Shown: in pieces, positions 8,394 through 17,708 of the stretch | Numbering within the stretch: position 1 is the stretch's first letter | Layout of the letters: the number at the start of each line of letters is the position of its first letter | NCBI GenBank assembly: GCA_016781105.1 | Contig: JADDRA010000109.1 | Span: 1-55,575, forward strand | Length of the DNA: 55,575 nucleotides | Source: Actinomycetota bacterium | Lineage (GTDB): Bacteria; Actinomycetota; Acidimicrobiia; Acidimicrobiales; CADCSY01 | Direction: 5' to 3' | Notes under the pieces: model-generated | The model's database searches: none | What the model was told of the DNA's origin: nothing | Seen by the model: only the letters and a program-made list of their open reading frames with translations | Translations under genes and position numbers: made by a program

Positions 8394-11300
8394 GCACGAC
8401 CAGTCCGGCCCCGGGGGGGCGCCCGGTACGCTGCCGTCGATGTCGGCCGCTCCCTCCCCTGCGCCCGCCCCCCCCGACGACGAGGCGCCGCGGTACCGCT
8501 ACGGGGCGACCCTGGCCAACGAGATCGAGGGTCGTTGGCAGGACCGCTGGGAGGCGGAGGGCACCTATCACGCTCCCAACCCCTCGGGTGAGCTGTCCGG
8601 CGGTTTCGAGCGGGTGGCCGGCCGGCCCAAGCTCTACGTGCTCGACATGTTCCCCTATCCGAGCGGGGTCGGCCTGCACGTGGGCCATCCGCTGGGCTAC
8701 ATCGGCACCGACGTCTACGCCCGCTACAAGCGCATGAGCGGCCACAACGTGCTGCACGCCATGGGCTACGACGCCTTCGGCCTGCCCGCCGAGCAGTACG
8801 CGGTCCAGACGGGCCAGCACCCGCGGGTCACCACCGAGGCCAACATCGCCACCATGCGCCGCCAGTTCCGGGCGCTGGGCCTGGGCCACGACGACCGCCG
8901 CAGCGTGGCCACCACCGACATCGGCTACTACCGCTGGACCCAGTGGATCTTCCTGCAGATCTACCACTCGTGGTACGACCCTGAGGCCGGGCGGGCCCGG
9001 CCCGTCGCCGAGCTCGTGGCCGAGCTGGAGTCGGGCGCCCGCCTGGCCGTCGACGACGAGCACCCCGAGGGACGGCCGTGGTCGTCGCTGTCGGCGGCCG
9101 AGCAGCGGGCCTTCGTCGACGACCACCGCCTCGTCTACCGCGACGAGGCCCCGGTCAACTGGTGCCCCGGTCTGGGCACCGTCCTGGCCAACGAGGAGGT
9201 GACCCCCGACGGGCGCAGCGAGCGGGGCAACTTCCCCGTCTACAAGCGGCCCCTGCAGCAGTGGAAGATGCGCATCACCGCCTTCGCCGAGCGCCTGCTG
9301 GCCGACCTCGACCTCATCGAGTGGCCCGAGCGGATCAAGGCCATGCAACGCAACTGGATCGGGCGCAGCGTGGGCGCCCGGGTCGACTTCCCCCTGGCCC
9401 ACGACCCCAGCACCGCCATCGCCGTGTTCACCACCCGGCCCGACACGCTCTTCGGGGCCACCTACCTGGTCCTGGCGCCCGAGCACCCCCTGGTCGGCGA
9501 GCTGGTGGCCGGCTCCTGGGGCGACGCCGACCCCGCCTCGTGGCGGGGGGCGGGCCTGGCCGGGGTGGTCGAGGGGGTGCCGGCCAGCGGCTGGGGCTCC
9601 CCCATGGAGGCGGTGGCCGGCTACCGGCGCTACGCCTCGTCCCGCTCCGACGTGGAGCGCCAGGTCGAGTCCCGGGTCAAGACCGGCGTGTTCACCGGCG
9701 CTTTCGCCGTCAACCCCACCACCGGCGAGCACGTGCCCGTCTTCGTGGCCGACTACGTCCTCATGGGCTACGGCACGGGGGCGATCATGGCGGTGCCCGC
9801 CCACGACCAGCGCGACTTCGAGTTCTCGGCCGCCTTCGGTCTCCCGGTGGTCGGCGTGGTCCGCCCGCCGGCGGTGTGGTTCGCCGAGCACGGTCTCGAG
9901 GCCGACACCCGGGCCTCGGCCTGGCCCGAGGCCTTCACGGGCGACGGCGTGCACATGGCATCGGCCAACGAGGGCGTCTCCCTCGACGGGCTGGCCACCG
10001 CCGAGGCCGTCGCCGCCGTCAACACCTGGCTCGAGTCCGTCGGGGCGGGCGAGGCGACGGTGACCTACCGCCTGCGCGACTGGCTGTTCAGCCGCCAGCG
10101 CTACTGGGGCGAGCCCTTCCCCGTCGTCTACGACGAGGACGGCCTGCCCGTGGCCCTCCCCGAGTCGATGCTGCCCGTCACCCTCCCCGAGGTCGACGAC
10201 TACACCCCGACGGTGGTCGACGACGACCGCCTTCCCGAGCCGCCCCTGGGCCGGGCCAAGGAGTGGGCCGAGGTCGTCCTCGACCTGGGTGAAGGCCCCC
10301 GCACCTACCGGCGGGAGCTGGACACCATGCCCCAGTGGGCCGGCTCGTGCTGGTACTACCTGCGCTACCTCGATCCGGGCAACGAGGCCGCCCTGGTCGA
10401 CCCCGACGTCGAGCGCTACTGGATGCAGGGGTCCACGCAGGAGCGCCAGCCCGCCTTCGGGGGCGTCGACCTCTACGTCGGAGGCGTCGAGCACGCCGTG
10501 CTGCACCTCCTCTACGCCCGCTTCTGGCACAAGGTGCTCTTCGACCTGGGCCACGTCTCCACCCCCGAGCCGTTCCAGCGCCTCTACAACCAGGGCTACA
10601 TCCTGGCCGACGCCTTCACCGACGAGCGGGGCTTCCCGGTGGAGGCGTCGGCAGTGGTGGCCGACGCGGAGGGAGGCTTCAGCTTCGAGGGCCGGCCCGT
10701 GCGCCGGGAGCTGGGCAAGATGGGCAAGAGCCTGAAGAACGCGGTGTCGCCCGACGCCATCGCCGCCGAGTACGGCACCGACACCTTGCGCCTCTACGAG
10801 ATGGCCATGGGTCCCCTCGACGCCGACCGGCCCTGGAGCGGGCGCGACATCGTCGGGGTCCACCGCTTCCTGCAGAAGCTGTGGCGCAACCTGGTCGACG
10901 AGGAAACCGGGGCGCTGCGGGTCGACGACCGTGCGCCCGGTGACGACCTCCGCCGCACCCTGCACCGCACCATCGCCGGGGTCCGGGCCGACATGGAGGG
11001 CCTGCGCTTCAACACCGCGGTGGCCAAGCTGATCGAGGCCAACAACGCCCTGACCCGGACCCTGGCCCAGGCGGGTGCCGGCGCCCGGGCGCCCCGCGAG
11101 GTGGCCGAGGCCCTGGTGCTCATGCTGGCGCCCCTGGCCCCCCACGTGGCCGAGGAGCTGTGGGCCCGCCTCGGCCACGCCACCTCGGTGGTGTGGACCG
11201 AGCTCCCGACCGCCGACCCGGCCCTGCTCGTGGACGAGGAGGTGGAGCTGCCCGTGCAGGTGGCCGGCAAGGTCCGGGCCCGGGTCCGGGTGGGGGCAGG

Positions 11301-11424
11301 GGCCGACGAGGCCGCCGTGCAGGCCGCCGTCCTCGCCGACGAGGCGGTGCAGGCCGCCCTGGCCGGTCGAGCGGTCCGCCGGGTGGTGATGGTCCCCGGC
11401 CGCCTCGTCAACCTGGTGGTGTAG
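8383..11424 (+). CDS. leuS: leucine--tRNA ligase
   Basis: HIGH motif (HVGHPLGY), KMSKS motif (KMGKSLKN) and CP1 editing-domain length. The start is ATG 8383 or ATG 8440. Confidence 0.95.
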   Translation: MAPEHDQSGPGGAPGTLPSMSAAPSPAPAPPDDEAPRYRYGATLANEIEGRWQDRWEAEGTYHAPNPSGELSGGFERVAGRPKLYVLDMFPYPSGVGLHVGHPLGYIGTDVYARYKRMSGHNVLHAMGYDAFGLPAEQYAVQTGQHPRVTTEANIATMRRQFRALGLGHDDRRSVATTDIGYYRWTQWIFLQIYHSWYDPEAGRARPVAELVAELESGARLAVDDEHPEGRPWSSLSAAEQRAFVDDHRLVYRDEAPVNWCPGLGTVLANEEVTPDGRSERGNFPVYKRPLQQWKMRITAFAERLLADLDLIEWPERIKAMQRNWIGRSVGARVDFPLAHDPSTAIAVFTTRPDTLFGATYLVLAPEHPLVGELVAGSWGDADPASWRGAGLAGVVEGVPASGWGSPMEAVAGYRRYASSRSDVERQVESRVKTGVFTGAFAVNPTTGEHVPVFVADYVLMGYGTGAIMAVPAHDQRDFEFSAAFGLPVVGVVRPPAVWFAEHGLEADTRASAWPEAFTGDGVHMASANEGVSLDGLATAEAVAAVNTWLESVGAGEATVTYRLRDWLFSRQRYWGEPFPVVYDEDGLPVALPESMLPVTLPEVDDYTPTVVDDDRLPEPPLGRAKEWAEVVLDLGEGPRTYRRELDTMPQWAGSCWYYLRYLDPGNEAALVDPDVERYWMQGSTQERQPAFGGVDLYVGGVEHAVLHLLYARFWHKVLFDLGHVSTPEPFQRLYNQGYILADAFTDERGFPVEASAVVADAEGGFSFEGRPVRRELGKMGKSLKNAVSPDAIAAEYGTDTLRLYEMAMGPLDADRPWSGRDIVGVHRFLQKLWRNLVDEETGALRVDDRAPGDDLRRTLHRTIAGVRADMEGLRFNTAVAKLIEANNALTRTLAQAGAGARAPREVAEALVLMLAPLAPHVAEELWARLGHATSVVWTELPTADPALLVDEEVELPVQVAGKVRARVRVGAGADEAAVQAAVLADEAVQAALAGRAVRRVVMVPGRLVNLVV

Positions 11425-11563
11425 CCAACAGGAGCCGTCCCGGGTGGCGGTGCGTCCCCGGGCCCGGTTCGGTGTCACATGCTCCTCCTAGGACAGATAC
11501 ACCCGTTCGGAGTGCCAGCGCTTCGAGGCTCGCCTGGCGACTGGTAACGTGGGCGCTCCTGAC

Positions 11564-11636
11564 GGGGCCGTAGCTCAGTTGGTAGAGCGCGTCCATGGCA
11601 TGGACGAGGTCGCGCGTTCGATCCGCGTCGGCTCCA
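11564..11636 (+). tRNA. tRNA-Ala (anticodon GGC)
   Basis: 73-nt cloverleaf folded by hand. Acceptor stem GGGGCCG/CGGCTCC carries the G3:U70 alanine identity pair. D-arm GCTC/GAGC, anticodon stem CGTCC/GGACG with loop ATGGCAT, T-arm GCGCG-TTCGATC-CGCGT, discriminator A. No encoded CCA. Confidence 0.9.
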
Positions 11637-11642
11637 CGTACA

Positions 11643-12133
11643 GTGATCTCCCGACCACTCCGTCGGTTGGGCTACGTCCTCGGCGGGCTCGTGGCCGGCG
11701 AGGGCTGCTTCTCGATCGGGCGTCGCAACCTCGCCTTCTCCTCCGACGGCTCCCCCCGTCTCCGCTTTGTGTTCAGCGTGTCGATGGCGATCCGAGATCG
11801 ACCGTCGTTGGAAGCCCTCCAGGCGTTCCTCGGCTACGGCTGCATCAACGATGCTCCGCCCCGGCGCCGCGGCTGGCAACCGACGGCCACCTACACGGTC
11901 GCTTCCAACCGCGCTCACCACGTCGCGACCATCCCGTTCGGCCAGCGTTTCTGCTCCCCTCGGCCAAGCGTGCCCAGTTCGAGCGCTGGCGCGACGCCCT
12001 GTACACCTACGAACGAGATCGGCCCACCCGCTACGGCAAGGGCCCGTCTCCGTGTTCAGAGCCGGGCTGTGAGCGGCCGGTACGAGGGCGGGGCCTCTGC
12101 CGCTCGCACTACTACCGTGTCACGGGCTACTGA
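11643..12133 (+). pseudogene. single-motif LAGLIDADG homing-endonuclease-like gene with C-terminal Cys/His zinc-ribbon motif, copy 1, frameshifted
   Basis: GTG at 11643 gives VISRPLRRLGYVLGGLVAGEGCFSI. The frame breaks near 11945-11955. The homologous C-terminus (LLPSAKRAQFERWRDAL...CSEPGCERPVRGRGLCRSHYYR) continues in another frame to 12133. It aligns residue for residue with copy 2. Confidence 0.7.
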
Positions 12134-12560
12134 TCTGGCTGCCTACGTCGCCGGCTTTGTCGTCGCCGAGGGCTGCTTCACCGCGGCTGACGAGGCCTCG
12201 CGGTTCAACCTCTCGGTCGGACTGGCTGGTGCCGACGAGGTGACCTGCGAGATCCTGCACGCGTTCTTCGGCGTCGGGCACATCACTCGCTCACCCCGCC
12301 GTCGCCCGCACTACGACGACGAGGTCTGCTTCACCGTGCGGGCCCTGCCCGACCTCGTGGAGGTCATCGTGCCGTTCATGGACGAGCACCTGGCGCCCTC
12401 CTACAAGCGCATCCAGTACGAGGCGTGGCGGGCGGCCCTCCTCGGCTACTGGGAGCACCGGGCGAAGCGGGTACGGGCCTGCACGGTCGCCGACTGTGAT
12501 CGGCCCCACCGGGCCAAGGGCCTGTGTCGCGCGCACTACTTCGAGGCCTACCGCCGATGA
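12117..12560 (+). CDS. single-motif LAGLIDADG homing-endonuclease-like protein with C-terminal Cys/His zinc-ribbon motif, copy 2, intact
   Basis: GTG 12117 gives VSRATDLAAYVAGFVVAEGCFTA...IVPFMDEHLAPSYKRIQYEAWRAAL...CTVADCDRPHRAKGLCRAHYFEAYRR. It overlaps the end of copy 1 by 17 nt. Confidence 0.7.
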   Translation: MSRATDLAAYVAGFVVAEGCFTAADEASRFNLSVGLAGADEVTCEILHAFFGVGHITRSPRRRPHYDDEVCFTVRALPDLVEVIVPFMDEHLAPSYKRIQYEAWRAALLGYWEHRAKRVRACTVADCDRPHRAKGLCRAHYFEAYRR

Positions 12561-12680
12561 CCGCCCGGCTCGGCCTCCCTCGGGCCGCGCCGTGCTCGTG
12601 GTCTACGATCTCGGCGTGGCCCACCGGTCCCGCTCCCCGGAGCTGACGATCCGGCCGCCGTCACCGCGCCCGGGAGCGCG

Positions 12681-13688
12681 GTGAGGAGGGCTCTCGCCGG
12701 CCTCGCCGCGCTCGGCGCCGGTGGCGCGGTGGGCTGGAGCGTGGTGCGGCTCCGCGACGCCCGCGCCATCGCCGAGGACCCCGAGTACGCCATCCTGGAG
12801 GCGCCCCTGTCCGGGGAGCCCCGAACGGTCACCTCGGCCGACGGTACCGAGCTGCACGCCGAGGTGTTCGGCCCCGACGGCGCCCCCACCGTCGTGTTGG
12901 TGCACGGGTGGCTGTGCACGGCGCTGATGTGGCGGCTCCAGGTGCGCGAGCTGATGCCCGAGCTGCGGGTGGTGACCTACGACCACCGGGGCCACGGCCA
13001 GAGCTCGCCGGCACCCACCGAGGACTACTCTGCCGACGCGTTGGCCGCCGACCTGCGGGCCGTGCTCGACCAGACCGTCCCTCGGGACGAGCAGGCGATC
13101 GTGGTGGGCCACTCCATGGGAGCCATGGCCGTGGTGGCGTGGGCCGACGCCAATCCCGCTGACGTCGCGTCCCGCCTCGCCGGCGCCGTGCTGGTGAACG
13201 TCGGCGTCGAGGAGCTGGTCCGGCGGTCCACCATCATCCCCTTCCCGGCGGGCCTGGCCACGCTGCGAGTCGCCGTGGGGGGACGGATCCTCGGCGCCAA
13301 GCTGCGCCTTCCCGCCCGCCCCAACCCAGTGCTCTCCCGAGTGGTGCGGGCCATCGGGCTCGGGCCCGGCGCGTCCCCGGCCCAGGTCGCCTTCTTCGCC
13401 CGCATGGTCCTCACCTGCGCCGCCGAGGTCCGGGCCGCCTTCGGGGCCACCCTGACAGGCTTCGACCTGGCCCAGGGCGTCTCCAAGCTCACGGTGCCCA
13501 CCGTCGTCGTCGCCGGTGAGAACGATCGCCTCACCCCCCCGGTGCACGCCCGGGCCATCGTCGAGGCCCTTCCCGACGCCACCCTGGTCGAGCTGCCCGG
13601 CGTCGGCCACGGCGCCCCGTTGGAGGCCCACGTCGAGGTCACCGGGGCCATCCAGGACCTGGCCCGGCGGGTGCTCCTGCCCACCTGA
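12681..13688 (+). CDS. alpha/beta-fold hydrolase
   Basis: VVLVHGW oxyanion region, GHSMG nucleophile elbow and C-terminal GVGHGAPLE histidine motif. N-terminal hydrophobic segment. GTG start. Confidence 0.85.
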   Translation: MRRALAGLAALGAGGAVGWSVVRLRDARAIAEDPEYAILEAPLSGEPRTVTSADGTELHAEVFGPDGAPTVVLVHGWLCTALMWRLQVRELMPELRVVTYDHRGHGQSSPAPTEDYSADALAADLRAVLDQTVPRDEQAIVVGHSMGAMAVVAWADANPADVASRLAGAVLVNVGVEELVRRSTIIPFPAGLATLRVAVGGRILGAKLRLPARPNPVLSRVVRAIGLGPGASPAQVAFFARMVLTCAAEVRAAFGATLTGFDLAQGVSKLTVPTVVVAGENDRLTPPVHARAIVEALPDATLVELPGVGHGAPLEAHVEVTGAIQDLARRVLLPT

Positions 13689-13709
13689 GGGCGCCCACCC
13701 GGCCGGGGC

Positions 13710-14069
13710 TCAGGCCTCCGAGCGCCGTGCCCCCGCCGCCCCTGCCCCTTGGCGCCGCACCGGGCCGATCGGCGCCGGCGGACCGCCCCCAGCCTGCCAG
13801 TCGAGTCGGGGGACGTCGCCCCAGAGCCGCTCCAGGTCGTAGAACTCCCGGGCCTCCTCGGACAGCACGTGGACGGCGACGTCCCCGAAGTCGAGGACGA
13901 TCCAGCGGGCGTCATCGGCTCCCTCGACCCGAAGCGGCCCCTCACCGTCGTGGAGGCGCAGCCGCTCCTCGACCTCCTCCACCACCGTGCGGGCCTGGCG
14001 GGGGTTGGCGGCGCTGGTGATCACGAACCAGTCCACGATGGCGAGCACACCGCCCACCTCGAGCACCAC
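13710..14069 (-). CDS. rsfS: ribosome silencing factor RsfS (Iojap family)
   Basis: VVLEVGGVLAIVDWFVITSAANPRQARTVVEEV...WIVLDFGDVAVHVLSEEAREFYDLERLW. The first canonical start is GTG 14069. The expected N-terminal helix (TERARLAAQAAEAKLG) lies upstream in frame but has no ATG, GTG or TTG. Confidence 0.75.
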   Translation of the reverse strand: MVLEVGGVLAIVDWFVITSAANPRQARTVVEEVEERLRLHDGEGPLRVEGADDARWIVLDFGDVAVHVLSEEAREFYDLERLWGDVPRLDWQAGGGPPAPIGPVRRQGAGAAGARRSEA

Positions 14070-14143
14070 CGTGTCGATCCCCAGCTTGGCCTCGGCAGCC
14101 TGCGCCGCCAGCCGGGCCCGCTCGGTGCTGGCTCGGTGCTGGC

Positions 14144-14758
14144 TCAGGAGGGTTCGCTCCAGGGCGACGCCATGTGGCCGACAGCGTACAGACTCCGCTG
14201 GCGGATGACGTCGACCACCGGATCGGTGACCAGCCAGTCCAGCGGCCGCCCGTCGGTGAAGCGGGCCCGCAGATCGGTGCTCGACACCTCCAGGCGGGGC
14301 ACCTCCACCACCCGGTGGTCCCACCCGGGCGGGGGAGCCTTGCGGTCGGCCCCCGGACGGGTGACGACGACCAGCGTGGCGGCCGCCCGCACCTCCTCCG
14401 CCCGCTCCCAGGTGCTGAGCAGGGCGGCGGCGTCGCTGCCCAGGATCACGAAGAGCTCGCCCCCCGGGTGCAGGCGACCCAGCGTGGCCAGGGTGTCGGC
14501 GGTGTAGGAGGCGCCCCCCCGGTCGATCTCGAGCCGGCTGGCCTCCACGCCGGCCACCTCGGCCACCGCCGCCTCGACCATCGCCAAGCGGTCGGCTGCC
14601 GGCGTGACCGGGAGCGCCGCCTTCTGCCACGGGTCGTTGGCCACCACCAGCAGCACCCGATCGAGGTCGAGGGCGTGGCGGACGTTGACCGCGGTGACCA
14701 GGTGGCCCACGTGGATGGGGTCGAAGGTCCCTCCGAAGACGCCGAGGCGCTCACCCAC
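14144..14758 (-). CDS. nadD: nicotinate-nucleotide adenylyltransferase
   Basis: GVFGGTFDPIHVGH nucleotidyltransferase motif, about 200 aa, conserved nadD-rsfS order. Confidence 0.9.
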   Translation of the reverse strand: MGERLGVFGGTFDPIHVGHLVTAVNVRHALDLDRVLLVVANDPWQKAALPVTPAADRLAMVEAAVAEVAGVEASRLEIDRGGASYTADTLATLGRLHPGGELFVILGSDAAALLSTWERAEEVRAAATLVVVTRPGADRKAPPPGWDHRVVEVPRLEVSSTDLRARFTDGRPLDWLVTDPVVDVIRQRSLYAVGHMASPWSEPS

Positions 14759-16196
14759 CGCCGGGCGGGCCCGCCGGGGACGAGTAGGTCCAGTCGGGCT
14801 GCTTGTCCGCCTGGCGACGGTCGTAGACGACCCGGCCGTCGCCCAGCTCGGCGATCTTGGGCAGGTCGTAGCTCCGAGACGGTGGCCAGCGGCTCTCCAG
14901 GTGGGCGGCGACGTCCCCGGGGAACTCGCGCAGGATGGACGCGATCACCAGCTGCTCCTCCACGGGGAGGTAGCACCGGTTGGCATCGGTGACAGTCTCC
15001 AGGCGCCGACCGATGATCTCCACGTCGACCTCGCTGCCGGCCCCGGCCTCGATGCGCTCCAGGTAGCTGGTGATCTCCCCGGTGCCGAACTTGCACGCCG
15101 GGCACTGGCCGCAGGACTCGACGTAGAGGAAGCGGGAGAACATGCGGGCGACGCTGACCATGTCGGCGGTGTCGTCGTAGACGATGAAGCCGGCCGACCC
15201 CAGCCCGCTGCCGATGGCCGCCAGGGCCTCGTAGCTCATGGGCACGCCGAGCTGGTCGCCTCTGATGACGCCGTTGGCCACCCCGGAGAAGACCGCCTTG
15301 ATCGTGCGCCCGGAGGCCACCCCGCCCGACAGCTCCTCGATCACCTCACCCAGCGGCCGCCCCAGCTCCACCTCGGTCACCGCCGGCCGACGCACGTCGC
15401 CCACGACGGTCACCACCACGGCCCCCGGAGACTGCGGGGTCCCGAGCGAGCGGTACCACTCCGGCCCCCGGGCCAGGATGTGGGTGACGTCGGCCAGGGT
15501 CTCCACGTTGTTGACGAGCGTGGGGTTGGACTGGCCCACGTCGTCGTCGTCGCTCGGGTCCTCGTCGGGGCCGAAGCCGTAGGACTGGGGCCGGGCCGAC
15601 CACCCGAGCTGGGGCGCGGTGGCGAACAGGCCGTGGACGTAGGGCGGGAGCAGCCGGGGAAGAGGGGCGTCGCCCTCGATGGCCGCCAGCAGGCCCTTCT
15701 CCTCCCCGTAGAGGTAGTGGTCGGGCCCGTTGACCAAGGTGATGGGCACGTCGCCGGCGAGGCCGGCCTCGGTCATCTCCTCCAAGGCGATGGCGACCCG
15801 GCCGATCTCGACGTCGAAGCTCTCCTTGAGGCACAGGTAGGCGGCCCGGGCGCCCACGGTGAGGGCGGCCACGGCCAGGCCCTCGACCACCTGGTAGGGG
15901 TCGGCTCGCAGGATGGCCCGGTCCTTGAACGTGCCCGGCTCGCCCTCGGCCCCGTTGGCCACGACGAAGCGGTCGCCGCCACCGGCATCGTCGGTGCGCA
16001 ACCCGGCCCACTTGCGGCCGGTGGGAAAGCCCCCTCCACCCCGGCCCCGCAGCCCCGAGAGGCCGAGCTCTTTTATCGTGGCCCCCGGGCCCAGCTCCCG
16101 GGCCCGGGAAATCGCCTCGCCCCCCCGGCGCCGGGTTCGGTAGTCTGCGACGGAGGTCACGGCCTGGTCGGGCAGGAGCACCGGCTCGTCGATCAC
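14751..16196 (-). CDS. stand-alone NuoF-like (51-kDa subunit family) FMN/NADH-binding iron-sulfur protein
   Basis: GLRGRGGGGFPTGRKW, ANGAEGEPGTFKDR, YLYGEEKGLL (FMN site variant) and ESCGQCPACKFGTGEI (4Fe-4S). There are no nuoE or nuoG neighbours. It overlaps the nadD start by 8 nt. Confidence 0.8.
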   Translation of the reverse strand: MIDEPVLLPDQAVTSVADYRTRRRGGEAISRARELGPGATIKELGLSGLRGRGGGGFPTGRKWAGLRTDDAGGGDRFVVANGAEGEPGTFKDRAILRADPYQVVEGLAVAALTVGARAAYLCLKESFDVEIGRVAIALEEMTEAGLAGDVPITLVNGPDHYLYGEEKGLLAAIEGDAPLPRLLPPYVHGLFATAPQLGWSARPQSYGFGPDEDPSDDDDVGQSNPTLVNNVETLADVTHILARGPEWYRSLGTPQSPGAVVVTVVGDVRRPAVTEVELGRPLGEVIEELSGGVASGRTIKAVFSGVANGVIRGDQLGVPMSYEALAAIGSGLGSAGFIVYDDTADMVSVARMFSRFLYVESCGQCPACKFGTGEITSYLERIEAGAGSEVDVEIIGRRLETVTDANRCYLPVEEQLVIASILREFPGDVAAHLESRWPPSRSYDLPKIAELGDGRVVYDRRQADKQPDWTYSSPAGPPGGG

Positions 16197-16374
16197 GACC
16201 TCATGCCTACACGCCTCCGGTGGGGAGAGTCATCCGAGGCCGGCGTGGGTAGGCCCCAGCCGGCGGGCATCGGGAACGTCCAAGAGCCCGCCGTCGTTCG
16301 TACAGACACCGATAGCGCGCTCCCACCGGGGAGCGACGTCCTTCCTGGCTCGTGATCTCGATCGCAAACCGGGA

Positions 16375-17250
16375 ATGACGTCGAGGTCACTTCTGTTGAA
16401 ACAGGGTACAATGAGAGATTCAGTCGGACAGTATCTCCATGAGATCGGGCTCGTCCCCCTCCTCAACGCGGCCCAGGAGCGAGAGCTCTCCCAGAAGGTC
16501 GAGGCGGGACGCGACGCGCAGGCCCGCCTCGACGCCGGTCCCGCCACCCGGGCGGAAGCGGTCGAGTGCAAGCGAACGATCCGAGAGGCGGCTCGTGCCC
16601 GGGACTACTTCATCCGGGCCAACCTGCGCCTGGTGGTGAGCATCGCCCGGCGCTACCCCCTGCCCCCGGGCATGGACCTGCTCGACCTCATCCAGGAGGG
16701 CAACCTCGGGCTCGAGCACGCCGTGGAGAAGTTCGACTGGCGCAAGGGCTTCAAGTTCTCCACCTACGCCACCTTCTGGATCCGCCAGGCCATCGGCCGG
16801 GCCCTCGACCAGAAGGCCAACCTGGTGCGCCTGCCCAGCGAGCGCTCGGCCCAGCTCCGGGCCGCCCTGCGGGCGGTCTCGGGCGAGGGCGACGAGCTCG
16901 ACGACGAGCTGGCCAACCTGCACCGCCTGGCCACCCCCACCAGCCTCGACCGCACGGTGGGTGACGACGGCGAGCAGGAGCTGGTGGACCTCCTGCCCGA
17001 CTCCCTGCCCGGCCCCGAGCAGCTGGTGGTCGAGCAGATGCAGGAGGAGATGGTCACCGGCCTGCTCGACCGACTCGAGCCCCGGGCCCGGGTCGCGGTC
17101 GAGCACCGCTTCGGGCTGGCCGACGGCCAGAAGCACAGCTTCCGGGAGGTGGGTGAGGTGCTCGGCGTCACCGCCGAGGCCGCCCGTCGCATCGTCAAGC
17201 GGGCGGTCGACGAGCTCAAGATCGACGCCGAGAGCATCGCCGCCGCCTGA
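16375..17250 (+). CDS. RNA polymerase sigma-70 family factor (group 2/3-like)
   Basis: Regions 1.2 to 4 are recognisable (YLHEIGLVPLL, DLIQEGNLGLEHAVEKFDWRKGFKFSTYATFWIRQAI, SFREVGEVLGVTAEAARRI). An alternative start is ATG 16411. Confidence 0.85.
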   Translation: MTSRSLLLKQGTMRDSVGQYLHEIGLVPLLNAAQERELSQKVEAGRDAQARLDAGPATRAEAVECKRTIREAARARDYFIRANLRLVVSIARRYPLPPGMDLLDLIQEGNLGLEHAVEKFDWRKGFKFSTYATFWIRQAIGRALDQKANLVRLPSERSAQLRAALRAVSGEGDELDDELANLHRLATPTSLDRTVGDDGEQELVDLLPDSLPGPEQLVVEQMQEEMVTGLLDRLEPRARVAVEHRFGLADGQKHSFREVGEVLGVTAEAARRIVKRAVDELKIDAESIAAA

Positions 17251-17263
17251 CCCCGGCTTCTCC

Positions 17264-17674
17264 GTGGACGCCGAGCAGGCCCGGGAGTTCCTCCGGTCCA
17301 ACCACCGGGCCGTCCTCGTCACCCGCCGAGGCGACGGCCGTCCCCAGACCTCCCCGGTCCTGGCCGCCGTCGACGGCGAGGGCCGGGTGGTGGTCAGCAC
17401 CCGGGAGACGGCCATGAAGGCCCGCAACCTCGCCCGCGATCCCCACGCCTCGCTGTGCGCCCTGAGCGACGGCTTCTTCGGGCCGTGGGTGCAGGTCGAC
17501 GGCGAGGTCGAGGTCGTCGGGCGTCCCGAGGCGGTCGAGGTCCTCGTCGACTACTACCGGCGGGTCGCGGGCGAGCACCCCGACTGGGACGGCTACCGGG
17601 CCAGCCTCGAGGCCGAGCGCCGGGTGGCGCTGCGCCTCACCATCACCGACGCAGGCCCCGACCGCTCGGGCTGA
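17264..17674 (+). CDS. PPOX-class (pyridoxamine 5'-phosphate oxidase-like, probably F420-dependent) protein
   Basis: 136 aa from GTG 17264: AREFLRSNHRAVLVTRRGDGRPQTSPV...STRETAMKARNLARDPHASL, a typical split-barrel family pattern. Confidence 0.75.
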   Translation: MDAEQAREFLRSNHRAVLVTRRGDGRPQTSPVLAAVDGEGRVVVSTRETAMKARNLARDPHASLCALSDGFFGPWVQVDGEVEVVGRPEAVEVLVDYYRRVAGEHPDWDGYRASLEAERRVALRLTITDAGPDRSG

Positions 17675-17708
17675 ACGGGAAGGCTGCAACCGGTCCGAGG
17701 TTCCTAGA

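Noticed and set aside
11595-11642. The ATG at 11595 as start of the LAGLIDADG ORF.
   Set aside because: It lies inside the tRNA-Ala anticodon arm. The GTG at 11643, just past the tRNA, gives a normal distance to the LAGLIDADG motif.
16197-16410. TTGAAA and TACAAT hexamers (about 16395-16412) as a sigma-70 promoter for the sigma-factor gene.
   Set aside because: The hexamers are only 5 nt apart, not about 17, and TACAAT overlaps the candidate ATG at 16411. No promoter can be claimed by eye.
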